From contig CAMKAJ010000001.1 of the NCBI GenBank assembly GCA_946410455.1, forward strand, positions 54,336-118,335: DNA of 64,000 nt, in the 5' to 3' direction. Shown piece by piece: positions 7,686 through 15,634 of this stretch. Under the pieces are notes generated by a model. That model saw only the letters and a program-made list of their open reading frames with translations, was not told the DNA's origin and made no database searches. This DNA comes from an uncultured Bacteroidales bacterium. Lineage in GTDB: Bacteria; Bacteroidota; Bacteroidia; Bacteroidales; UBA932. Within the stretch, counting starts at the first letter, position 1, and each line of letters begins with the position of its first letter. Both the position numbers and the translations under genes were made by a program.

Positions 7686-9125
7686 CTACAGGATAGACTT
7701 TACTGCGGCACGCATGCCTTCCTTCTGAATAAGTGCCAGGTCGGCTGCGAGCAGCTCGCACAGGCCGGGAATGGCGTTGAGGTCTTCGCCCCAGATAAAC
7801 TCATCTGCGAGCACTCCGGAGGCCACTTTGCGTACGTCGCCGGTAGCCCAGAGGCCAGAAAGCAGCTCTACAATCTTAGGATCGTCGTTGGGAACAATCT
7901 CGTCCTCGCCGCGCTTGCCGCCCTTGTAGTAGGTGCAGATGCCGGCCAGGCCGAGCACCAGCCCCTTGGGCAGCTCGCCCTTGCGCTCCAGATAGGTCTT
8001 GAGGCCGGGCAGGTCGCGTGTTTTGAACTTGGGGAAGGAATTAAGCATGATGGAAGTCACGAAGTGCTTCACGAAGGGATTGCGGAAGCGCTCCAGCACG
8101 TCGCCGGCGAACTTCAGCAACTCTTCCTCGGGCAGATTCAAAGTAGGCAGGAGCTCGTCGTACATGACCTTGTGCACAAAAGCGCCGATCTCGGGATCCT
8201 CGCAGCACTCCTTCACGGTGTTGAGCCCGCTGAGATAGCCAACGGGGCTGAGCACAGTGTGGGGGCCATTGAGAAGCGTAACCTTCCTCTCGTGATAAGG
8301 GGCCTCAGAGGGCACGAAGAGCACGTTGAGCCCGGCCTTGTCGGCAGGGAACTCGGCTGCAACCTCCTTGGGAGCTTCGATTACCCAGAGATGGAAAATC
8401 TCTGCCTTGTCCAGCAGATTGTCCTGATATCCAGCCCTCTCGCAGAGCTGTGCGGCGGTATCTCGGGGGTAACCGGGGACGATACGGTCTACCAAAGTAG
8501 AATAAACACCGCAAGCCTCTTCAAACCATGCACGGAAGTCCTCAGGGAGCTGCCAGAGCTCGATGTACTGGCGTATGCACTCTTTGAGGTGCTTGCCGTT
8601 CTCGAATATGAGCTCGCAAGGGAAGATGATAAGTCCCTTGTCGGCGGCGCCGCCAAAGTGCTCCCAGCGGTGATACAGCAGCTGGGTGAGCTTGCCGGGG
8701 TAGGAGCTGGCAGGGGCATCGCTGAGCTTGCATGCGGGGTCGAAAGCGATGCCGGCCTCGGTGGTGTTGGAAATCACGAAGCGTATCTCGGGCTGCTCGG
8801 CCAGCGCCAGGTACTCCTGGAACTGGGTGTAAGGGTTGAGACCACGGGAGATTACGTCTATGAGGTCTACGCTGTCTACAGGCTCTCCGTTCAGGAGGCC
8901 CTGGAGGTTGAGGTGATACAGGCCGTCCTGCTCGTTGAGCCACTCTACCATGCCCTTCTCGATGGGCTGGACCACCACCACGGAGCCATTGAAATCTGTC
9001 TTCTGGTTGGTCTTCCAGATAATCCACTCGATGAATGCGCGGAGGAAGTTGCCCTCTCCAAACTGGATTACTTTCTCTGTGTAGCGCTTCGCCTGAGGCG
9101 CGGAAGTACGATTTAATCTTTCCAT
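7686..9125 (-). CDS. uxaB: Tagaturonate reductase (altronate oxidoreductase)
   Basis: QFGEGNFLRAF, SNTTEAGI, PCELI, LVDRIVPG, LLNGPHT; ATG 9125 preferred over TTG 9134. Confidence 0.93.
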   Translation of the reverse strand: MERLNRTSAPQAKRYTEKVIQFGEGNFLRAFIEWIIWKTNQKTDFNGSVVVVQPIEKGMVEWLNEQDGLYHLNLQGLLNGEPVDSVDLIDVISRGLNPYTQFQEYLALAEQPEIRFVISNTTEAGIAFDPACKLSDAPASSYPGKLTQLLYHRWEHFGGAADKGLIIFPCELIFENGKHLKECIRQYIELWQLPEDFRAWFEEACGVYSTLVDRIVPGYPRDTAAQLCERAGYQDNLLDKAEIFHLWVIEAPKEVAAEFPADKAGLNVLFVPSEAPYHERKVTLLNGPHTVLSPVGYLSGLNTVKECCEDPEIGAFVHKVMYDELLPTLNLPEEELLKFAGDVLERFRNPFVKHFVTSIMLNSFPKFKTRDLPGLKTYLERKGELPKGLVLGLAGICTYYKGGKRGEDEIVPNDDPKIVELLSGLWATGDVRKVASGVLADEFIWGEDLNAIPGLCELLAADLALIQKEGMRAAVKSIL

Positions 9126-9136
9126 ATTGTCCAATG

Positions 9137-12100
9137 TTATTCAGTTTCTTTAACGATAACCAGCAACAAAGCTTGCTCGCTGTTGCCCTGCGCAATGGTG
9201 TATGCGGTGCCCTTCTCGAGGTTCAGCACCCCGGAGTCTCCGATTTCTGAGTAGGGGGTATCAAAGGTTATTGCATCGCCGCCCGCCGGAGTGATTTTTA
9301 TTTTGGCGGTGCTTGCGCTTTCCTTCCTGCGGATAAACCAGAACTGCACGGTAGAGTTCACGGATGCCGAAGTGGTGAAACTCAGTGAGCCGCCGCTGTT
9401 GAGCTTGAGGCCTTTCTTGGATGAGTAATCCCCAATGGTCCATTCGCTGATGGCGTAGTCGCCTCCCAGGTCGGTCTTGGCTGTAGCGGTGAAGTAGCTG
9501 CCTGCAACTCCGTCTGTGAGGTTCACGGCGGCGTTGCTGGAATCGTAATAGAACACATGGGTGCGTGCTCCTGAAGGATCATCGCCGGGCTGATCGGGAT
9601 CGTCGGGATCGTCAACATCGGGGTTGGTGGGATCGTCGTCGGTGCCGTTGTAATCGCTGATACCTCCGTTGTTCACGGCCACAGGAGCCTCCGTCCAGCC
9701 GAGCTTGCCGTAGCCTGCGTTAGCCTTTACCAGTTCGGGCAGGTCAGCCACCGGAGTCACGGTATAAGCATAAGAAGGCTGGAAGTCGGCGTAGGTGAGA
9801 GGAGTCGCGAGCTTCTCTCCGTTGTACTTCTTGTACTCTACGTTGCTCAGCGGATACGGGTCGCGCGCCTTTGAAGGGCGGTTCATGTAGATATTGCCGG
9901 CGGGGTAGAGATAACCGGCCACGGAACCCTGAAGGTTAGACACGTCACCATCCTTTGCAGGATAGGTGCAGATGTCGGTAGGCAGCTGCACTCCGTCGAA
10001 GTAATTGTATTCTACGAGTACCTTTGCGCCGTATGCGGAACCGGCTCCATAAGTGGTGCAGCCGTCGTAGATGTTGTTGTACACGTGGGCGGTGCCAAAA
10101 CGCACGCGCGGGTGTCGCGAGCTGGAGCCGTCGAACCAGTTGTGATGGAAGGTTGCGGTAATCGCGGCGTCGGCGCTGGCGCTGTTGGAGTGCCCCACGA
10201 GGCAGCTCTTCTGCGTCTTGATATAGCGGCACCAGCTCACGGTAACGTTCTTGCTGGCGTGGGTAATGTCTGTGCTGCCGTCCTCGTAGTCCTTGGTCTG
10301 GTTGAGGGAGGTGAAGGAGCAGTGGTCCACCCACACGCCGTCACACTCCTGCATGCTCACTGCGTCGGCGCCGTTGTTGGCCTTGGGCTGCTGGAAGTTG
10401 ATGTTGCGGATGATAATGTTGCTGGCTCTCACGCAGAAGATGCCTATGCGGTCCATCACGAAGCCGTCGGTGCCGTAGAAGCTGAGGTTGCTTACATCCT
10501 TCACGTCGAACCAGGGGTGGGCTTCAGAGAAGTCGCGTCCATCCTCGGGACCGAAAGTGCCGCTGAGCCATATGGTTACGGGGCTGTGATCGCCCTTCTT
10601 CTCGCTCTTGGTGCGGGCGAGCAGCCAGGTCTGGAGGGCCTTGCCGCTGTTGAAGTGCAGCACGTGGTCGGAGTCTGCTGCGTCACCGCCGGTAACATTA
10701 GCAGCGGCCGCGAAGCCTATCATGGCTGTAGCATCTACGCTGCCTTCCGTGGGCTTAAGATTCTCGGGAATCTCCAGATCGGCGCCCTCGGCAGGCTGGT
10801 CGGGCTGATCGGGATCTTCAGGCTGGTCGGGGTCGTCGGGAGTGACGCTGCCGCTGGTCTCGAATACGAGCTTGTAGAAGCGCAGACCGTTGCCGGACGC
10901 ATACACAGTAACGGTTCCGGCCTTCACGTTGAACTCCCTGGTCTCGAGGTTCCCGTACAGAACTACCTCGCTGGTCACCGTATTCTGTGCGTCCTTGACG
11001 CTTACGGTACGGGTGGAGGATTCGTTCTCCGTGTCCTTGGGATTCCTTACGGATACTGAAAGCTTGCCATCAGCAGGAGCGGTGAAGGTGAAGTAGCGGG
11101 TGCTGGTAGAGCCGGCTCCGTTAGACTGGATATACCCGTCAACGGACCATTTGTCGTCCTTGCCAGCGGCGTAGGAGAGGCCGCCGTATGCGACGCCCCA
11201 GTTGCTCGCCTTGGTGTCCTTGGCTGCCGGAGCCTGTGCCTCCAGGGCTGCCTGCCACTCTGCGGTGGAGAAGTCCCAGGTAAGGGAAGTGACCTCGGAT
11301 TTCTTGCTCACGTCGCCATCGGCGATGTTGAAGGTGAGGGTGGGGATCACGCCGGACTGCAGGGCCACGGGTGCGCTCAGAGTCACAGTCCTGGCAACCA
11401 GGAGGTCATCATCGTCGGTCACAACCTCGGCCGTGAGAGTGCTCCCGGCCGCAAGTGTTACGGGGTTCACGATGACGAAGGCGCCGTTCTTGCCGTCGGC
11501 CGCCCAGTCGTCGCCCTCGTATGCGGCAGTCACGTAGTTGTAGCTTACCTTACTGTCCCAGCCGGTGATTTCTGCAGTCTCGATGTTCACGAGCACGCGT
11601 CCGGTAAGGGTCCCGGTGGAAGACCTGAGCGTAACGCTCTTGATCTTCTTGCCGGCGAGTTTGGACTCATTGGTGGCATCGGCGACGACCACCTTGGCAA
11701 CTGCCAGCACGCGGTTGAAGTGGAGCGTGCCTGCGCTCGCAAGGGCTGCATCTGCAACGGTAACGCTGCAGGCGTCGGAAACCAGAAGGTCGCAGGAAGG
11801 ATCGAAGGTGCTGAGGGAAGGGACGTTCTGCACTGCAGGCAGGGCGAACTTGAATGTCGTCTCTGCGCGACCGTCCTTCATATCTTTGGGATAATAGGCA
11901 TAGATGGTGTGCGTGCCGTCGGTGATTTCGAGATTGCCGGAGAAGGAACCGGTCGTGCCGTCTTCTAAGGTGTTCACGAAACTCTTCTGGGCGGTGTAGT
12001 CGCCATCTACCTTGTAGGTTACGTTCATAGCGTCGCCTTTCTGCCATTTGGGCTGCCAGCCGCCTTCCGCAGCTTCTATGAAGGTGCGGGTGCCGGGCAG

Positions 12101-12229
12101 GTCTGCAGTAAGGGTTACACTGATTTCGTGTACTCCGGAGGGAGTTGCTTTTTCCGCCTGCTCCTTAAGCTGGCAGGCGCTGGTCGCCATTGCGGCGATT
12201 CCGAGAATGGAAACAAGTATCTTTTTCAT
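9137..12229 (-). CDS. Multimodular lipoprotein: fimbrillin-like N-terminus, putative CBM, PL1 pectate lyase, C-terminal putative CBM
   Basis: TSAC lipobox; GTRT..W..GD and YAYYP fimbrillin motifs; PL1 motifs NIIIRN, VWVDH, DGSTD, RHPRVRFG; Pro/Asp linkers. Confidence 0.85.
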   Translation of the reverse strand: MKKILVSILGIAAMATSACQLKEQAEKATPSGVHEISVTLTADLPGTRTFIEAAEGGWQPKWQKGDAMNVTYKVDGDYTAQKSFVNTLEDGTTGSFSGNLEITDGTHTIYAYYPKDMKDGRAETTFKFALPAVQNVPSLSTFDPSCDLLVSDACSVTVADAALASAGTLHFNRVLAVAKVVVADATNESKLAGKKIKSVTLRSSTGTLTGRVLVNIETAEITGWDSKVSYNYVTAAYEGDDWAADGKNGAFVIVNPVTLAAGSTLTAEVVTDDDDLLVARTVTLSAPVALQSGVIPTLTFNIADGDVSKKSEVTSLTWDFSTAEWQAALEAQAPAAKDTKASNWGVAYGGLSYAAGKDDKWSVDGYIQSNGAGSTSTRYFTFTAPADGKLSVSVRNPKDTENESSTRTVSVKDAQNTVTSEVVLYGNLETREFNVKAGTVTVYASGNGLRFYKLVFETSGSVTPDDPDQPEDPDQPDQPAEGADLEIPENLKPTEGSVDATAMIGFAAAANVTGGDAADSDHVLHFNSGKALQTWLLARTKSEKKGDHSPVTIWLSGTFGPEDGRDFSEAHPWFDVKDVSNLSFYGTDGFVMDRIGIFCVRASNIIIRNINFQQPKANNGADAVSMQECDGVWVDHCSFTSLNQTKDYEDGSTDITHASKNVTVSWCRYIKTQKSCLVGHSNSASADAAITATFHHNWFDGSSSRHPRVRFGTAHVYNNIYDGCTTYGAGSAYGAKVLVEYNYFDGVQLPTDICTYPAKDGDVSNLQGSVAGYLYPAGNIYMNRPSKARDPYPLSNVEYKKYNGEKLATPLTYADFQPSYAYTVTPVADLPELVKANAGYGKLGWTEAPVAVNNGGISDYNGTDDDPTNPDVDDPDDPDQPGDDPSGARTHVFYYDSSNAAVNLTDGVAGSYFTATAKTDLGGDYAISEWTIGDYSSKKGLKLNSGGSLSFTTSASVNSTVQFWFIRRKESASTAKIKITPAGGDAITFDTPYSEIGDSGVLNLEKGTAYTIAQGNSEQALLLVIVKETE

Positions 12230-12241
12230 CGCTGCAATGGT

Positions 12242-12379
12242 TTAGAAAGTGAAATCGTCGCCGTCGCCGAGGAAGCCGCCGGCACCGTCGTCAACAAGGT
12301 TACTGTCTGCGAGAAGTCCCGCAAGTTCCCACTGCGAGTCTGACTCGCAGGTGGGAGATATGTAGCTGTGTTTAATCAT
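12242..12379 (-). CDS. Unannotated 45-aa YxxP-family small ORF (sORF1)
   Basis: MIKHSYISPTCESDSQWELAGLLADSNLVDDGAGGFLGDGDDFTF*; fills the gap between two genes (2 bp and 12 bp spacing). Confidence 0.7.
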   Translation of the reverse strand: MIKHSYISPTCESDSQWELAGLLADSNLVDDGAGGFLGDGDDFTF

Positions 12380-12381
12380 TG

Positions 12382-13989
12382 TCAATTGCTTGATTCGACG
12401 AGTTTTACAAGTACAAGGGCAAGTTCCTTATTATCCCTTACGATGGTATATGTAGTGCCCTTCTCAAGTGCTATGTCAGTCTGTGATGATACCGTCCCGT
12501 AAGTGTTGAAATTGCCATATACTACGGCAGTACCGCCTTCGGGGGTCAGCTTTATTCGAGCTCCGGAGTTGTCGCCGGATTTTCTGGCTACGTAATAGAA
12601 TGTTAACTTAGAGTTCAGGGTAGAGGAGGTTGTGAAAGAAACAGATCCGCTTCCGTTGAACTTCAATCCCTTGGTTATTGTTAACGACTCTACAGTAAAT
12701 GAATCAGCACCGCAACCGCTGCTGTCGGAGGCAGAGAAAGATACAAGTCCGTTTTTGAGAGTACCTGTAAACTTGTCATTGGTATTGGTCTCTGTGCCGT
12801 CGCTGTTTATGTAATAAAAATAAGTAGTAGCGGACGTTCCGCCTCCCGCACTGGCCTGAGAGACAACCACATTCTTAGTTACGGTCTTGTCTGTGTCGTA
12901 GGTGTAGGTGAGTGTTACGTAGGCATACTTGACACTTGATTCGGTATTAGCCGAGCAGGTGAAGGGAATGCTTCCGTCTGCTATTTCTCCAAGTGCAAAG
13001 TTACTAATGGTATTAACCTTACCATCTGTTGTAGCTGCGCTGAGCACGCCACCGGTAACGCTATTCGCAATTGAATACTCAATCTTTCCGCTGGTGTCGT
13101 CCTTCTTGATATCAACGCCGTTTGCCGTTATCACGGGAGCTGGGGTGATCACTGGAGGACATCCAAGATCGTAAACATAGCCTACAGAAGGGATCAAATT
13201 CTTTACTGCATCAACGGTAGTTGTTACAGGCTTATCTACTCCATTGTGGGTGTAGGTTATGGTTATACCGTTGAGTTTCTGACTGTTAGCTACTCGGGGA
13301 ATAGCGCAGAAATAGTAGTATGAACCCTTTTTGAAGGAGCCCGCTACAGAGCCCATGTCATTGCTTCCGCTGTTGTTTGCGGTGATACTGCCGTTCTCTG
13401 CAGAATAGGCAGGTCTCTTCTGGAAAGCGTTGCTGGTGGCTGCAATCCTAACCTTGGTGATACCGTCATCGGGAATCTGAATCCTGAAATAGCTCACGCC
13501 ATGCCTGAAAACAAACTTTCCTCCGCTAACGGTAGCAGTCATAATGGCGTGTGCGGGATCGTATCCGTTTTCTACAACTGCCTGGGAGGTATAAGTACTG
13601 ATGTTGGAGGCTATTTCTATTGTTGCAGGCAATGAGGATGTTTTGAGTGCATAGCCGGAAGGATAAATGGCCACGTAGCTATCATATGTCCCGAAACTCT
13701 CTCCTTCCTTGAGCGTGAATGTGCCGTTTTTGGTACCGGCTCCGGCGCTGAGCTCAAATACTGCCTTTGCAGCATAAGCATTGTCGGTGCATCCGTAAAC
13801 GTCTATTTTATCACCTGCAGACCAAAGAACGTTGAAGTCTGTATCTATGCTTGTTTTGGTGATGTCCGGCATAGTTGCTTCAAAAGACATTCTCTGCTCA
13901 GGTACAACAGAGATTTCTATCTGCTTTTGGCAGGAAACGATGCTTGCAATAAATGCAATTGCGCTGAAAATAAAACTTGTTCTTTTCAT
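12382..13989 (-). CDS. Fimbrillin-like lipoprotein with BACON-like and C-terminal putative CBM domains
   Basis: Start set at MKRTSF (13989), VSC lipobox; ITKT..W..GDKIDV and YVAIYP; C-terminus homologous to that of the PL1 gene. Confidence 0.75.
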   Translation of the reverse strand: MKRTSFIFSAIAFIASIVSCQKQIEISVVPEQRMSFEATMPDITKTSIDTDFNVLWSAGDKIDVYGCTDNAYAAKAVFELSAGAGTKNGTFTLKEGESFGTYDSYVAIYPSGYALKTSSLPATIEIASNISTYTSQAVVENGYDPAHAIMTATVSGGKFVFRHGVSYFRIQIPDDGITKVRIAATSNAFQKRPAYSAENGSITANNSGSNDMGSVAGSFKKGSYYYFCAIPRVANSQKLNGITITYTHNGVDKPVTTTVDAVKNLIPSVGYVYDLGCPPVITPAPVITANGVDIKKDDTSGKIEYSIANSVTGGVLSAATTDGKVNTISNFALGEIADGSIPFTCSANTESSVKYAYVTLTYTYDTDKTVTKNVVVSQASAGGGTSATTYFYYINSDGTETNTNDKFTGTLKNGLVSFSASDSSGCGADSFTVESLTITKGLKFNGSGSVSFTTSSTLNSKLTFYYVARKSGDNSGARIKLTPEGGTAVVYGNFNTYGTVSSQTDIALEKGTTYTIVRDNKELALVLVKLVESSN

Positions 13990-14002
13990 GATCTTCTCCT
14001 CC

Positions 14003-14146
14003 CTAATTACTCCATATATCTCCAAGGTCTTGATAAGTAAGACCGTCAAGAGACTCAGCACCTGTTCCACTTTCAGCAAGGAAGCACCAGGCGTTTACTA
14101 CTTCCTCCAGTTCTGCCACCGGGGCAGAGTAAATAATTTTCTTCAT
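14003..14146 (-). CDS. Unannotated 47-aa YxxP-family small ORF (sORF2)
   Basis: MKKIIYSAPVAELEEVVNAWCFLAESGTGAESLDGLTYQDLGDIWSN*; 9 bp after the uxaA stop, 13 bp before the next start. Confidence 0.75.
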   Translation of the reverse strand: MKKIIYSAPVAELEEVVNAWCFLAESGTGAESLDGLTYQDLGDIWSN

Positions 14147-14155
14147 TTCAATTTG

Positions 14156-15634
14156 TTACAGCGTCACGCCGCTCTTGAAGATGGCGATTTCGCGGTAGTT
14201 GTGTTTCTCGTTGTTAACCGGCTCTCCCGAGGCGGCGGCCAGTACGGCCTCTATGAATCGCGGGGCTACCTCTGCCATGGTCTGGTCTTGGGCCAGTACC
14301 CCTGCGTTAAAGTCGATCCATCCGCCCTTGAGTTCGTAGAGCGGGGTGTTGGTAGATATCTTCATGGTGGGCACGAAGCTCCCGAAGGGGGTGCCCCGGC
14401 CTGTAGTGAAGAGCACAATCTGGCAGCCGGCTGCCGCAAGGGCGGTGCTGGCTACAAGGTCGTTGCCGGGGGCGCTCAGCAGGTTGAGACCTTTGACTGA
14501 GAGCCTCTCGCCGTATTTAAGTACGCCGCGCACCGTGCTCTTGCCGCACTTCTGCGTGCATCCGAGGCTCTTTTCTTCCAGCGTAGAGATGCCTCCCGCC
14601 TTGTTGCCCGGCGAGGGATTCTCGTACACCGGCATGCCCTGGGCCATGAAGTACTCCTTGAAGTCGTTGATAAGGGCGACGGTCTTGTCGAATGTAGCCT
14701 CGTCCTGGCAGCGGTTCATGAGTATAGTCTCGGCTCCGAACATTTCGGGTACTTCGGTGAGTACGGTGGTGCCTCCCTGGGCCACGATCCAGTCTGAGAA
14801 TACGCCCAGCAGGGGATTGGCGGTGATGCCGCTAAGTCCGTCGGAGCCGCCGCACTTAAGGCCAACGCGAAGCTCGCTCACGGGCACCTCGGTGCGTTTG
14901 TCCTGGGAGCATACGGCGTAAATCTCGCGTAGCTTCTGCAGTCCGAATTCAACTTCGTTCTCTACCTGCTGGCAGGTGAACATCTTCACGCGTGTCTCGT
15001 CCACGGGGCCCACCAGCTCGCGGAATGCATCCAGCTGGTTGTTCTCGCATCCAAGGCTCACCACCAGCACGCCTCCGGCATTGGGATGATGTACCATGTC
15101 GGCAAGGACGGTGCGGGTGTTCTGGTGGTCGCCTCCCAGCTGCGAGCAGCCGTAATTGTGTGGGAATGCGACGATTGCGTCGATGGAGGATGTGCGTCCG
15201 GCGATCTCTTCTTTGAAGCGGCGGACTATCTCTTCGCACACTCCGTTTACGCAGCCCACGGTGGGGATGACCCAGATCTGGTTGCGTATGCCCACCTGGC
15301 CGTCTGCGCGCTTGAATCCAAGGAAGCTGCGGCGCGTTGCAGAAGGCTCGATATCGGTGAGCGCCGGATTGTACTTATACTCCAGCAGTCCCTCCAGGTT
15401 GGTTTTGATGCACGAATGATCCACCATGGTGCCGGCAGCAGCATCGTGCGTAACGTGACCGATAGGGTAGCCGTACTTTATTACATTGTCTCCGGCCTTG
15501 AGGTCGCGCAGCACCACTTTGTGGCCCCGGGGCACATCCATGGAGAGCTCTAAGCCCTCCACGGATTCGCCCTTGGCCAGGTCTGTCAACGCAACGGCCA
15601 CATTATCGTCGGGATTAATCTTGATGTATTTCAT
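14156..15634 (-). CDS. uxaA: Altronate dehydratase
   Basis: SAF domain (DNVAVAL, GHK), PTVGC, HNYGCSQLG, CGGSD, FTTGRGTP. Confidence 0.93.
   Translation of the reverse strand: MKYIKINPDDNVAVALTDLAKGESVEGLELSMDVPRGHKVVLRDLKAGDNVIKYGYPIGHVTHDAAAGTMVDHSCIKTNLEGLLEYKYNPALTDIEPSATRRSFLGFKRADGQVGIRNQIWVIPTVGCVNGVCEEIVRRFKEEIAGRTSSIDAIVAFPHNYGCSQLGGDHQNTRTVLADMVHHPNAGGVLVVSLGCENNQLDAFRELVGPVDETRVKMFTCQQVENEVEFGLQKLREIYAVCSQDKRTEVPVSELRVGLKCGGSDGLSGITANPLLGVFSDWIVAQGGTTVLTEVPEMFGAETILMNRCQDEATFDKTVALINDFKEYFMAQGMPVYENPSPGNKAGGISTLEEKSLGCTQKCGKSTVRGVLKYGERLSVKGLNLLSAPGNDLVASTALAAAGCQIVLFTTGRGTPFGSFVPTMKISTNTPLYELKGGWIDFNAGVLAQDQTMAEVAPRFIEAVLAAASGEPVNNEKHNYREIAIFKSGVTL

Noticed and set aside
12242-14146. 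Lasso peptide or other RiPP biosynthetic cluster, based on the YxxP motif
   Set aside because: No cyclase, peptidase, RRE, radical SAM or ABC exporter gene nearby, and no conserved Thr/Gly lasso cleavage pattern.
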